Shown here: positions 1 to 13,799 of the stretch, piece by piece | How positions within the stretch are numbered: position 1 is the first letter of the stretch | How the letters are laid out: every line of letters begins with the position of its first letter | From: Felis catus | Lineage: Eukaryota | DNA: 64,000 nt | Assembly (NCBI RefSeq): GCF_018350175.1 | Contig: NC_058368.1 | Coordinates: 192,140,001 to 192,204,000, forward strand | Reading direction: 5' to 3' | Translations under genes and position numbers: made by a program | The notes under the pieces: model-generated | Database searches by the model: none | Seen by the model: the letters and a program-made list of their open reading frames with translations, nothing else | What the model was told of the DNA's origin: nothing

Positions 1-149
1 AGAAAAGAAGGTAAAAACTACTAAAACTGAGGATTCTGCTATTAATGAGCCTAAAAACTCACTCACATATGGACTTTAAACTAATTGTCTCTCTTCAAAG
101 CAAATAAAAACAAGGCAAAACAAACAAAAACCCTAAAACCTGAATTTAA

Positions 150-445
150 ATAAATGATGATGTGTCTACAAAAGAAACATTATACAGTCATTTCAAAAGA
201 ATGCAGCATATCTATATGGAAACATCTTTAAGTACCCTGTAAAGATGAAAGCACAGTGCACAGTAGTATACATGGTATGCCACTATGGGAGGAGGGGGAG
301 GAGTACTTATCTCTATGTTTTTAAATGTCTACATTATCACTGAAAAAGTACCCAATAAACTGGTAACGGTAGTTGCCTTAGCACAGGGGAACCAGAAGAC
401 AGGCATGCTGAGTTAGAAGAGGGATTACTATACACCATTTTGCCA
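150..445 (+). mobile_element. Old L1 (L1M-type) 3' end remnant
   Basis: Degenerate match to the old L1 3'UTR pattern (tatacagtcatttcaaaagaatg...ggtagttgcct...ggggaac), judged from memory. Confidence 0.45.
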
Positions 446-843
446 GTAAATTAGACACCGCAGAAGAAAATATTCATGAACTTAAATACAGCAATAGAAA
501 TTATTCCAAATGCAGCACAGACATCATACTGGGAGCAACAAATGAACAGAGCATCAGTAACCCTGAAATAACTTTAAGCAGTCTAATCTATGTGTAATTG
601 GAGTTCTAGAAGGAAGGAGAAAAGAAAAAGGTACTTAAAGAAAAAACAACCAAAAATTCCCCAAATTTGATGAAAACAATAAACCCACAGATCCAACAAG
701 TTCAATGAACCCCAAACAAGAACACCAAGGCACATCATAATCAAACTGCCTAAAACCAATAAGGAGAAAAACCTTAACAGCACTCAGAGAACAAAAAGTA
801 CATGAAGTACAAAGGAAGAAAGATAAAAATGATGGTTGACAGA

Positions 844-1272
844 TGTTGGAGAAGTCATCAAAAAGACACGACCACTGGTTGACCCTTGAGCTGGATCCTG
901 GCAATTGGAGGCTCCTCACCTCTTCCCCTATCCTAGGAATGTGGGTTCCACTTCCCTTCCCTGCTCCCAGAATTTGTCCCAAGGACATAGCCTTGAGATA
1001 GTGATGTGGTGCTGAGAACATCTAGATGGTATATGTGATTGAACTCAGTTAAGGCTGCTGTAGAAACTTTTAAGATTTGGCAGGTGGGCATGGGGATCTA
1101 CTTTACTTGCTGCTGCCCAAGATAAGCCTTATATATAAGTTCCCTTTGTGTATTAAAACTTACACCTACCAACCTGAATGGCCTGCGTCTTTCTTTCATC
1201 TCTAGACCTCCATGTACAGGGACCAATTTCAGGTTATAGCTAGGAAGTGCCTAAGAGGGTTGTGAACCAACA
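844..1272 (+). mobile_element. Solo LTR (ERV-derived, family not assigned)
   Basis: Inverted termini TGTTGG...CCAACA; 5-bp TSD ACAGA at 839-843 and 1273-1277; ATTAAA at 1152-1157; splits the L1 ORF1 remnant. Confidence 0.8.
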
Positions 1273-1457
1273 ACAGAAAACCAGAACAAAGGTAGAGCAA
1301 CATCTTCCAAGCACTGAAAGAGGAAAAGTCGACCTTGAATTCTATACCCAGTGAAGATATCTTTTGAAAACAAAGGCAACATAAAAACTTTATTGGAAAA
1401 AAAAAAACCTGTAAGAATTCATTACCAGCAGTCACATGCTATAAGAAATGTAAAATG

Positions 1458-1634
1458 GGGGTAGCTGGGTGGCTTAGTTGATTAAGCCTCTGAATCTTGA
1501 TTTTTCACTCAGGTCATTATTTCACAGTCGTGAAATCAAGCCCCACGTTGGGCTCCATGCTGGGTATGGAGCCTTCTTAAGATTCTCTCTCTCCCTCTCT
1601 CTCTGCTCCTCCCCCCTCTCTTTTTCTCTCGAAA

Positions 1635-1707
<73 letters not shown>

Positions 1708-1709
1708 AA
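1458..1709 (+). mobile_element. CAN-SINE (older type) with (GAAA)n tail
   Basis: tRNA-like head gggtagctgggtggcttagttgattaag, CT-rich body, (GAAA)n at 1631-1709. Confidence 0.9.
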
Positions 1710-1713
1710 TACA

Positions 1714-1938
1714 GGGGTGCCTGGGTGGCTCAGTTGGTTAAGGGTCCGACTTCAGCTCAGGTCATGATCTCCCAGTTCATGGGTTCGAGCCTACATCAGG
1801 CTCTGTGCTGACAGCTTGGAGCCTGGAGCCTGCTTCAGATTCTGTGTCTCCCTCTCTCTCTGCTCCTCTCCCATTTGTGCTCTCTCTCTCTCTCTCAAAA
1901 ATAAATAAACTTATTTTTAATTTAAAAACAAAAAAAGA
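1714..1938 (+). mobile_element. CAN-SINE (SINEC_Fc-like) directly after the previous SINE tail
   Basis: ggggtgcctgggtggctcagttggttaag...gattctgtgtctccctctctc...aaaaataaataaac. Confidence 0.95.
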
Positions 1939-4184
1939 ATAAAAAGACATAAAATGAAGTCCATCAGGCAGAAGGAAAACGGTACCAAACAGATATCACA
2001 AACTACACGAAGGAATTAAAAGCATTGGAAATGGTAAATATGTAGGTAAGTATATAATAATTTGTTCTTATTTATACATCACTTTAAAAATATTTAAATA
2101 AAAAAGTATGAGGATTGATTTCACTATAAAAGTATTATGCAAATATGTGATGGCAATATATAAATACTTTACCGATTAATTGAAAAGAATGTTCAATTGC
2201 TAAAAAGCAATTACATTCAGTAACAGTTTTCAATGGATATTTTTTAATTTTATAATATTATCCACATATGTTTAATAATAGCCATCTATTCATGTGTAAA
2301 CACCTACATGTAAATACATTTATGTTTATTACTTATTCTTGGTGAACATGTGGATTTGTGGACTTCTTGCAATAACTCACTATCCAGGGTGTCGGGCAAG
2401 CCATGGATAGGAAATCACAGGACTGAGATTCTTATGTAAAGAAAACAAGAATCCTATGACAGTGTAAACAATGACCCTTTCCTTCTCATTAGCACCTGGA
2501 TAATAGTTCATTTTATACATTTGGGTTTCTAAAATCTACTCTAGTCACATTTGCTGTACCATAAAATGGATCCTTGCACATAGCAGGCACTCACTCAATT
2601 AATAGCTAACCAACAAATGTGTGGCATCTCCAACGTCACCACCAAATGACTCTTATTTTCTGATGGCTACCAAAAAAGAGAATCACACATCCCGGGCCAC
2701 AAGAATTCGTATCTAAATTTGATATCTAAACTTGAATATCTCTTCTCAATTTACTCTGTCTTTCCCACTGCAAATCTTCAAGCTCCTCATGCAGTGTTTC
2801 CAACGACCCCAGCCACATTCCCTCAAGCTACACAGCACTGGCAGGACCCAACACGGTAAATCAGTCCTCAGAGGGGGACTCAAAAGGATGCATTTAAATC
2901 ATAAAAGAACCAGGTGGGAGTTGCAATTATGATCAGCAAAGCAGACCTCAGTGTGTTGTGCATAATTTAAGTGACTGTGGGACTGTTCTGTATGTATCAG
3001 CTGGAAAAACATCTCTTTCTATCTGGGCATAAAAATGAGACACGAACAGCTTATTGTACGTAGGTGAAAACTCGACCTCGAATTAACTTTACCACTACCA
3101 TACCCTCCTAGTGAAGACTGTATCTGCCTACCTGTTGCCTTTAGCCCTGACAAGTTCAAAGTGTTAGAATTACTATGGTCATAAACCACTCAAAGAGTCA
3201 GAGACTATGGCCTGCTCAGAACTCACATTGTCAGGCTTTCTTAAAAATCAAAGGGGGCTCAAAATGATCTTGCTTTTCCTCTGGGATGTTCCAAATGCTT
3301 ACAATTTAAAACATGCCTGCAATAAACCATGGATTCCCATCCAAGCTGTATCTTGTTCACACCTATTTTAGTTACTGCCTATTAATTTTCCTCAGTGGTG
3401 CCCCATTTATCCCCACAGCTCAGACAGAACTGAAGAAATTCTCATACTGTTGGCTCAGTCAGTTTCATGGGAACGAGAGAATATTAGCCACACTCTGCCT
3501 AAGACATCAGCTCAGGCAGAGTGGGAGCAGTCAGTGAGCCTCGTTTTCCTAATTTCATATTTGATTGAACATTATTAAAAGAACTGTTAAAGTTATGAAA
3601 TTCTATGCTCATATTAGGTTTAGGATGGGGTGGCTAAGGACACATATAAAAAGAGTTATTCTCCTTCTTCTCTTAGTAATAACACTTAGTGCTCAGATAT
3701 TGCTTTTCATCTCCATCACTCTTTAGGAACATTAACTATACAATTTCACTATGTTAACTGCAAAGAGAGAGAGTCAGAAATGGCCCTATAATTTTGTAGT
3801 CACTTTGGTAGCATTCATTGTCTCTCAAAATGATACACTACACTCCAGAGCCTAGTTTGAACCTGGTTTAAGGTAGGAAGGTAAGAAGGGAGGAAGGAGG
3901 GGGAAATGTCATATTCTAAAATAACAGAGATCTCAGAAGCCTACCTACAACTCCAAGGAGACAGCCTGTGGATTTATACGTGGAATAGTGAGCTGAAGGA
4001 CATAACCACATTTTGAATAGTATTATGCTGAGTTTATTTTTTTTAAGGCAAAAGTTTCCAAATCCCTCCTAGCAGAGCAAAGTTCCTCCAAATTGTAAGA
4101 AAAATTTGGGGGGCACAGTGAGTATATGGATTTAACGCGAACAAAAGGCATACTACCATTGTTATCATTGTTGATTATACATTT

Positions 4185-5025
4185 TTTTAAATTTACATCC
4201 AGGTAGTGAGCATGTAGTGCAACAATGATGTCAAGAGTAGAGTCCAGTGACTCATCCCCTACATATATCACCCAGGGCTCCTCCCAGCGAGTGTCTTCCT
4301 TAATGCCCCTTGCCCATTTAGCCCATCCCTCCACCCACCACCCCTCCAACAGCTGTCAGTTTGTTCTCTATATTTAAGAGTCTCTCATGGTGTGTCCCCC
4401 TCCATTTTTATATTATTTTTGCTTCCCTTATGTTTATCTGTTTTGTATCTTAAATTCCACATTTGAGTGAAGTCATAGGATATTTGTTTTTCTCTAATTT
4501 TGCTTAGCATAATGCACTTGAGTTCCATCCACATTGTTGCAAATGGCAAGATTTCATTCTTTTTGATTGCTGAGCAATATGCCATTGTATATATACACCA
4601 CATTTTCTTTATCCATTCATCTGTCGATGGACATTTGGGCTCTTTCCATACTTTGGCTACTATCAATATCACTGCTATAAACATTGGGGAACATGTGCCC
4701 CTTCAAAACAACACACCTGTATCCTTTGGATAAACACCTAGTAGTGCAATTGCTGGGTCATAGGGTAGTTCTATTTTTAATTTTTTAGGAACCTCCATAC
4801 TGTTTTCCAGAGTGGCTGCACCAGTTTGCATTCCCATCAGCAGTGCAGAAGGGTTCCTCTCTCTTCACATCCCTGCCAACATCTGTCGTTGCCTGAGTTG
4901 TTAATTTTAGCCATTCTGACCGGTGTGAGGTGGTATCTTGTGGTTTTGATTTGTACTTCCCTGATGATGGGTGATGCTGAGCATTTTTTCATGTCTGTAT
5001 TAGCCATCCAGATGTCTTCTTTGGA
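4185..5025 (-). mobile_element. 5'-truncated carnivore L1 (ORF2 C-terminus + 3'UTR)
   Basis: ORF 4385-4684(-) MFIAVILIVAKVWKEPKCPSTDEWIKKMW is the L1 ORF2p C-terminus; T-rich tail at left. Confidence 0.95.
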
Positions 5026-5147
5026 TTGGTGATACTTTTATAGCTACCATCTGTTGAATATATACTGTGGGAGAGACGCCATGCTAACTACTTCAAATAT
5101 ACTCATTTGAGTCCGTTTTCTCACGTACAAAATGAAGAAATGTAGAG

Positions 5148-5366
5148 CAGAGATTGGCAAACTACAGCCCATGGGCTAAATCAAAATACCAGTTTTGTAG
5201 ATGAGGTTTTATTGGAACATAGCCATGCCCACTCGTTTATAAATTGCGTATGACTGCTTTCCCACTACCAGAGCAGGGCTCAGAGTTGCACCTAAAACCA
5301 TACGGCCTGAAAACTTTAAAATATTTGCTATCTGTTCTTTTACAGAAAAAGGCTTGCTGTCCTCTG
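5148..5366 (+). mobile_element. MER58A-like hAT-Charlie MITE inserted in a MIR
   Basis: cagagattggcaaactacagcc...ttttattggaacatagccatgcccactcg...tttacagaaaaaggcttgctgtcctctg; flanks atgtagag/gtctagaa resemble the NTCTAGAN target. Confidence 0.85.
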
Positions 5367-6329
5367 GTCTAGAAGATGGCCTCATAGGACGTTTGAATGC
5401 TAACATCATATGCCTCTGACTTCGGGTACTGAGAACTCTTTCTCCACTTTGTCCACCAGGTCACAAGTAATACAAAGCAGCAAAAACGGTATATTGACCT
5501 GGATTTGTCTATGTGTTGTTATGTGGGCTTCTATATCAGTGTCCGTTCTTTAGAAAAATATCCTTTATGTTTCCAGTTCTACAATAATTCACTTATCAGC
5601 CCATTGTTGTGAGCTAACAACTTCAGTTAATCCAATTTTAAACTGTATGCTGTTGCCCACATCAACTATTTAAAAAGTAAAATGATAGAACTCTAATAAA
5701 TTACACCTCTAAGAAAAAGAACATCAAACTCTGTCACTTCCCTCACTCTCCCTCTCAATTCATGCTTCTTTTCCCTTTTTGCTGCCATCAATGAACCCTA
5801 CTGACTGTTGCCACTTCACCCCGTACTTGAATTATTGCTTGAGCAGCATTCAGCCCAATCTTAGGGCGCAAAGTCGAAGTCTACACATCTGAAATCCAAG
5901 ACTCACCTTTTGAAAGAATCAGAGCTAGGGACACAAGCATTTTTCTTAAACGTTTTCATTTACTTCCACAATCAGAAGCAATGAAGGGCTACCCTATTTT
6001 TTCACATCCTTTCATATTTACAATTCTGACATGGGGTCTAAGAAGTGACAATCTGATAGAATATGATTGGGATGAAGATTTGTAAGACTTCAAGCATCTT
6101 TTATTACCATAGTTGTTGTTTCACAAAGGCATGGGAATGCCACAGGTTCCCAAATAATTTGGTGTCCTATACTATAGCTTAGGTTCCACAAAGATGATTC
6201 TAAAATAGCCAAAGTGATGGTGTAGAGAGGACATGAGCACATCGTGTTACAGAAGGCTGCCAAGTTAGTGTCAGTGTATACAGGGAACAGTTTCAAAGAC
6301 ATATTTTTAGTCTCAGTAAAGATCAGGTG

Positions 6330-6800
6330 CTGAATTTTAGTATTTTTATGAGCACTTTTTTCCTGTTCACCCAAAAAATATTAATCATTCCTTCAATTGA
6401 TTGAATGGCTAACTTTTCCATCCAATTTCTTAATAGCCATCATTGAGTTCACTCTAAAATACTTGAGTACTGACCCAGTAATCATCTTCATTCAGTTATT
6501 AATTGTAGCTTAAGTATTATGAGAAAAAGAGGTAAAAGTATCATTTTTATCTCATTGACTATCAACTTCTGATTGTATCACTAATATAAAGTATCTGTTA
6601 AATACCATCTCTATCCCTTGAAATAAAAGATTGGACATTAAAGAGAAAGACTGTAAAAAAAAATCCAAATTTGGTCCATCTTGAAATCTTCTCATGGAAT
6701 TAAAGTTATTTTATTCTGTACTAATTCTTCTCATGAGTCTCCAGAAGTAGCAACTGAACTGAAATAGCTTCTTTACTGAACTAGTTACAACCTCTGTCAT
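6330..6800 (-). mobile_element. Possible very degenerate CR1/L3 RT-region remnant
   Basis: Minus strand has patchy resemblance to CR1 ORF2 (ggaccaaatttggattttttttttacag; gaatgattaat); by eye only. Confidence 0.3.
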
Positions 6801-6819
6801 ATTGCTTGTGTTTTTCCCC

Positions 6820-9800
6820 CCATCTGGTCCTGGGCTCTTCTTTGTTGGGAGGTTTTTGATTACTAATTCAATCTCCTTGCTCATTATTGGTCTGTTTAGA
6901 TTTTCTGTGTCTTCATGATTCAAACTTGGTAAGTTGTAAGTTTCTAGAAATTTATCCATTTCTCCTAAGTTATCCAATTCATTGGTGCTTTCTTTAATCA
7001 TTCATGGGAGTCTCATGATCTCTTGTATTTCTGTGGTATCAGTTGCAATGTCTTTTCTTTCATTTATAATTTTATTTGTTCAAGTCCTCTCTCTGTTTTT
7101 CTTGGTAAGTTTGGCTAAAAATTTGTCAGTTGTGGTTATCTTTTCAAAAAACCACCTCTTAGGTTCATTGATCTTTTCTATTGCTTTTCTACTCTATTTC
7201 ATTATTTCTGCTCTAATCTTTCTAATTTCCTTCCTTCTGTTAACTTTGGGCTTAGCTTATTCTTCTTTTTTTAGTTCCTTGAAGTGTAAATTTAGGTTCT
7301 TTATTTCAGATCTTTATTATTTCTTAATATAGGCATACATCACTATAAACTTTCCTTATAGAACTTCTTCTGCTACACCCCATAAGTTCAGGTATGCTGG
7401 GTTTCCATTTTCATTTGTCTCCAGATGTGTTTCTATTTCCTTTTTGATCCATTCGTTGTTCAGGAGTGTGTTATTTAATTTTCATCTATTTGTGAGTTTT
7501 GTAATTTTCTTCCTACTATTGATTTCTAGTTTCAGACCACTGTGGTCAGAAAAGATACTTGATACCATTTCAGTCTTCTGGAATGTAAGACTTTTTTGTG
7601 GCTTAAAATATGATCTATCCTAAAGAATATTCCATGTGCACTTGAGAAGACTGTGCATTTTACTACCATTGGATGGAATGTTCTGCATATGTCTGTTAGG
7701 TCCATTCGGTCTACAGTGTTGTTCAAGAGAACTGGTTCCCTGTTGGTTTTCAGTCTGAACGATCTATCTACCATAGACAGTAGAGAATTAAAGCCCCCTA
7801 CACTTATTGTGTTGCTGTGTATTTCTTCTTTCAGTTCCATTAATATTTGCTTTATATATAAAGGTACTCTGATGTTGGGTATGTAAATATTTACAATTAC
7901 TATATCCCCTTGAAGAATTGGCCCCATTATCATTACATAATGGCCTTCTTTGTCTCTTGTGACAGTTTTTGACCTACAGTCTATTTTTTCTGATAGACAT
8001 ATAGCCACCATATTCTCTTTTTGATTACCATTTGCATGGAATATCTCTTTGCTTTCAACCTATGTATGTCCTTAAAACTAATGTGAGTCTCCTAGTGGCA
8101 GCATAGTTATATCTTATTATTTTTTGAATCCATTCAGTTGCTGTATGCTTTTTGATTGGTTAATTTAATTCATTTACATTTAAAGTGATTATTGACAGGT
8201 AAAGACTTACTATTGCCATTTTGTTGATTGTTTCCTGACATTTATAGTTTCTTTGTTCCTTTGTTTCTCTCTTGCTGTGGTTCTCTGTGATTTGATAACC
8301 TTTTGTGGTGGTATGTTTTGATTCCTTTCTCTTTATATTTTCTATATTTACTACAGTATTTCCTTTGTGATTACCATGAGGCTTACATTAAACATCTTGT
8401 AGTTAAACAGTCTATTTAAAGCTGATAACAACTTAATGTTGACTGCATACAAAAACTCCACTCTTTTATCCTCCCATGTACTAGGTTTTTGATGTCATAA
8501 TTTACCTCTTTTTATACTGTGTATCCATTAACAAGTTATTGTAGTTGTAATTATTTTTAATATGTTTCTCTTTGAACTTAATGCCAGAGTTAAAAGTGAT
8601 TATGCATCACCATTACAATACTGGAGAATTCTGAATTTGACTATATATTTACCTTTACTACTGAGTTTTATACATTCATATGTTTTAATGTTATTAGCAT
8701 CCTTTTATTTCAGTTTAAAGAACTCCCTTTAACATTTCTTGTATGGCAGGTTTAGTGTTGCTAAATCCCCTCATCTTTTGTTTGGGAAAATCTTTTTTCT
8801 CTCTTCCATTTATGAAGGACAACTTTGCTAAGTACAGTATTTTGTATTGGCAGTGTTTTGTTTTGTTTTGTTTGTTTGTTTTTTATACTTTGAATGTATG
8901 ATCCCACTCTCTCCTGTCTTACAAATTTTCTCCTGAGAAATACACTGATAGCCTTATAGGGTTTCCCTTGTGACAAGTCTGTTTTCTCTTACTGCTTTTA
9001 AAAATCTCTGTCTTTGGTATTTTACAGTTGATTAGTGTATCTTAATGAGGTCCTTTTTGGATCCATATGTTTGGGGTTCTTTGTGTTTCATGAACATGCA
9101 TGTTCATATCTCTCTCCAAATTTAGGGAGTTTCAGCCATAATTTTTTTAAAATAGACCTTCTTTCCCCTTTCTCTCTCTCTTCTCCTTCTGGGACTCCCA
9201 TAATACATGAATTGTTTCAATGAATTATTTACCATAAGTCCTATAGGCTTTCTTTACTCTTTTTTTTTTAATTTTTTTAATGCCTATTTATATTTGAGAG
9301 AGAGAGAGAGAGAGAGAAAGGGAGGGGCAGAGAGAGACGGAGACAGAATCCAAAGCAGGCTCCAGCCTCTGATCTGTCAGCACAGAACCAGATGCAGGGC
9401 TTGAACCCACAAGCCATGAGATCATGATCTGAGCCAAAGTTGGACGCTTAACTGACTGAGCCACCCAGGTGCCCTTCTTTACTCTTTTTCATTCTTTTCC
9501 CTTTTTGTTTCTCTGACCAGGTAATTTCAAATGACTTGCCTTTGATTTCATTGATTCTTTCTTCTGCTTGATCAAGTCTGTTGTTGAATTTTTCAATTCA
9601 GTGGCATGCTTCAGCTGTAGTATTACTGTTTGGACTATTTGATAGTTTCTATCTCTTTGTTGAATCCTTATTTGTTCATGTGTTGTTTTTCTAATTTTGT
9701 TTAGTTCTTTCTAATTCTGTTCAGTTTATTTTGTAGCTCACTGAACGTCTTTAAGAGGATTTTTTTCTGAATTCTTTAGTTCATACATGTTCATTTCTTT

Positions 9801-10990
9801 AGGGTCAGTTACTAGAACTTTATTAATTTCCTTTAGTGGTTTCTTATTTCTCTGATTATTCACGATCCTTGTATCCTCGTTTTGGTGTCTGTGCATTTGA
9901 GGAAGTGGTCAGCTCTTCCAGTTTTTATAGGTTCGCTTAGGCAAGAAAATGACTTTACCAGTCATTCAGCCTGGAGTTCTGAACTCCATTGGTAGCACCC
10001 TCAGGCAGGCAGGGCCTTTTGTCGGGGTCTTGTTTGGGTGGGGACACTTAAAGCCAGGTGAGGCCCCTGGCTGGATTCTGCAGCTGGGCAGGTCTGCTGA
10101 CTGGGTTTCACAGCTGGGAAGAGGGGTTGGCTGGGCTCCCTGGCTGGGTGGGGCTGTAGGCTGAGCTCCTTGACTGAGCAGTGCAACTGGCTGGACTCTT
10201 CAGTCAGACAGGGTACCGGTTAGGCTCTGCAATCAGGTGACGCTGCTGTCCAAGCTCTGCAATTGCCTTTGCCACGAGCTGTAGGCTGTGCTCCCTACGG
10301 ACAATGGCACTGACTGGACTCTGTGATTGGATGGCGCCACAGGCTAGGTTCCATAATCATCCCTGGTTGGGTATGGCCGCAGGCTGAGTGTGACAGTTCA
10401 TCAGGGCTGCTGGCTTGCCTCTCGTCTCAGCTGGCCACATGCTGGCTGAGAACCCCAGACAGACAGAACTACTAGCCATTCTTCCTAGGCAGATGGAGCC
10501 ACTGACTTGGCACCAGAGGTGGGCAAAGCTGCTGGCTGGGCTCTCTGGTCAGAGAGTCACAGGTAAGGAGGTGATACTACCACCAAGATCTCAGTGCTGG
10601 TTTCTGTGAGCCCCACCCCCTTTTACGTTCCGAGGGGACTCCAGGTGAGTAAGCCCTACTGACTCCCCCAGTGTTTCCTATAAGTGCTCCAGAACACTGG
10701 GGAAGCTGATGTCTGTCTCAGGCTTTCTTTTAGCCACTGGAGAAACTGTAGGCCCAGGAAAACCCTCTCAGTGTGGTTCTGTGCTAGCCTGGCACGGGCG
10801 GGGAAGCTGGTCAAAATGAAACTGCTCTTCTTAACCCTTTAATGCAGCTTTTCTCAGTGTCTCGGCCTCATTCCTGGGGTTCCAGGGCTTTCTACAAATA
10901 CATTCTTGTTTGTGAAGAGACACTAATCCATATTTTTGTGAGGGAACTAGAGCTAGGGACCTTCTATTCTGCCATCTTCCTGATGTCGCC
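6820..10990 (-). mobile_element. L1 (L1M/L1MA-type) 5' half: 5'UTR, ORF1 and ORF2 endonuclease region; 3'-truncated
   Basis: Minus strand starts ggcgacatcaggaagatggcaga; ORF2 remnants 7532-8011 (RDKEGHYVMIMG, RIDHILSHK) and 6711-7001 ([17 protein letters not shown]...KKSPGPDG). Confidence 0.92.
9265..9474 (-). mobile_element. CAN-SINE inside L1 ORF1
   Basis: SINEC_Fc text on minus strand; TSD ttctttactcttttt on both sides. Confidence 0.95.
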
Positions 10991-13799
10991 CTTATGCTTA
11001 TCTATTTCTAAATGTTATTGGAGAGACCTGCATACTTCTTGACTTAGATTTTTTCTCATCTTTCCCTTGTCACATATGAAGAATCTATACAACTTTTGTG
11101 TCTTATCATCTAATAGTACACTCCTTTCAGAAGAGGTAGGCTCAAAGCAATACCCCTTGTGTCAATGTCAACCTGAAGGCCAAGAGCTCCCAGAAAAAAA
11201 GACCCTGGACAAGATGAATACCTCTGCATTAGAGGCAAGGGTCCTAGTGGCACTCCAGCTCCTCCCAATTTAAACCCCTTGTTCTGGCAATGGGAGGGGG
11301 TTGACACCAGGAGGGCTCCAAGAAAGGGCACAGTGGGAAGAGACAATCTCATTCTTTTTTACGTAAGCCTTGTTTAGAATGCAATCACGAGAACAAATCC
11401 GTTGAAATATCAATTGCCCTGCTATGTGCTACATATATTATCTCACTTAATCCTCTTAAGACCCTTGGGAGGAAGGAAATATCACCTTCATATTCACATA
11501 TGGAGGGATCTTGGTGCACAGTAAGAAGTGGAGAACCAGAACCTAAGCAGTGGTCTGACTGATTCTCTCAAGCCTCTCAGTTTTGACTCCCATGACATGT
11601 CCCAGATATCAAAGGTCAATAAAGCTTAAGATGCAGAAAGTCAGATCTATGTATGCCCTTCTTATGTTACTCTAGAACCCCAAAGTTTTCTATTTAAAAT
11701 GGGGTCCTAGAGCTGGTAAAAACATGTATTTTGCAAAAAGTGAGTAATCTACTGATATTTGGTTTTTAAAAGTTACCAGAGACTAGAGACAAGTATATTT
11801 CACATTTCCTTCGCTCCTTCTCCATGCGTGTTAGATTTCCTAGGACCCAGCCACATAAACAATCCTCAAGTGCACATACATATAGGTCAAACTCACACAG
11901 ATTACACCAACCCATCTTCCTGACACAGGCCTTGAGGTGTGTGACTATGGGGAAAGATAAGAGCTCTTGGGCCTTGGGTTAGGCAAAGAGCACTCAGAAC
12001 CAAGTTTGGAAGCAGGAGCTAGAGAGGACCTAACTGCTGTGCATAATAAAGTGAAAGGAATTCTTGTTGTTAGAGGAATAGTAGAGAGGTAGAGGTAGGA
12101 GGGAGCTGGAGCCTCTGTGGGTATATATGGCTCAGGGAATACTCGTAAGTAACAGAAATATGTCCATGCTTACATATGAATCACATGAGGTACTTACTGC
12201 ACTTTTAAGTGTTCCCTCCTCCCCAACTCTTTAGGAAAGTTAGCTTGACCTCTCTAACCCACTAATCACCTTTCCTTCCCTAGAGAAAAGTAACTGAAAA
12301 GATTAGAAGCAAGGTCAGAAACAGCTTTCCTAATTCTTTCAAAATGGTGAAACTTCCTGTCTTCTATGCGAAAAGAAATACAGGACGAAGATGGTGTCAC
12401 CTCAGAAACAAGGAAAGAAAAACGCCGTGAGAGGACCCCGGTCACCAGTTAAGAAATTTTGCAAACCTATGCCACTGGTTTTCATTCCTCTATAGGAAGT
12501 TATGGCCTATAGAAAAAGTGAAGAAGTGTGTTCCTGGAACTTTCTGGAACCTGAACAGCCAACCCTCAGCTCTAACTCTGTTCTACCATCTGTCTCCCTT
12601 AGAGGGCCCAGAGAGCAAGGCACTCAGCTAGTAGACACCAGAGTTAAACTCTAGTGAACTTTTCAGCCCACATTTTCCACACACCTACCCCCCTAATCTG
12701 ATTCAGCATCAGGATTCGTGCAGAAGTTGACTCTTTTGAACTTATTTACAAGTTTTATCATTATGCTTGCCCACATTATGCAAGCAGTTTGCAATCTCCC
12801 CTAATTCTCTGACTTTAATTATATAATTGAACAAGGCAAAAACTCATTTTTCCCAGGAAACATTAAACATTACCATCTTAATGAAATTCTTAATGAAATG
12901 GTCCACTATGCATGCAAATGACCCATGGTGGCTGGGCCCCTTGCTTATCACTGGGCGAGGCAATAGGACAAATACTCCTTTCTTTTGTCAGTCACTGGGA
13001 ATGGCAGTTCTCACCCACCCTTTTGGCTGGAATAATTCCACAAGACCAGAAGATGGGCCTCTGTAAGACACATGGATATAATTCAGATTGGATGAAAACA
13101 GTTTAAATGAAGTAGGAACTGATCTTAACCTACGCAAATCAAACTTATTTTCAAATCTGAAAGAGCTCACTTAAACTTGTCATGCCAATTAAAACAATAA
13201 AAGTTATCAACTTCACTTCCTTCCTCCTGAGACCAGAGGTCTGAGAGATTAACAGTTCTCAACTTATTTTCCAGGACTGAAGGCAGGAGATGGCAAGAAT
13301 ATAAGAAACTTGAGGGAACTTCTGAAATTTTTAATATAATTAATGGATGACTCTTCAAGGATCTGTTCCTTCCCAGCTGCATTTTTCAAATGCCCTTGTT
13401 GCATAAAACTCAAATCTTACATACACCACACGCTGTCCTCATGCCAAAGTCACTGGCTGCCAAAAGCTAAAATGGAAGGAAGGCAGACCTGTTCACACTT
13501 TTGTTCAAATAGCATGGACAACAATGTCCCATGCCAAGTAGACACCAAATTAGAGTATTTAATAATAGCTACTATTTATGTAACAAATTCCCAGTTCTCC
13601 CTTGTCAAATCTTTGCATTGCCAGCAAATGTCAAGATGCCCAAAATGTCCAACATAGAACTTTACCCTAAACATTCAGGGTGCTTTAGAGAAGAGAACAC
13701 AATTGCTACAGCTGTTGCCATGCCTACCTGAGGACACGCTATTTCCCTTCTTCTTAAATTCTTCTATTTTTCCAAAGAAGGACTTAAAGGGGAAGGAAA

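Larger units (their letters stand above)
446..2110 (+). mobile_element. Old L1 ORF1/inter-ORF fragment interrupted by a solo LTR and two SINEs
   Basis: ORF1-like text (ccaaatttgatgaaaacaataaacccacagatccaacaag; gaattctatacccagtgaagatatc) resumes after each insertion. Confidence 0.75.

Noticed and set aside
6090..6374. 94-aa minus-strand ORF as an endogenous viral element or transposase
   Set aside because: No recognisable motif; the adjacent sequence is better explained as decayed CR1-like DNA
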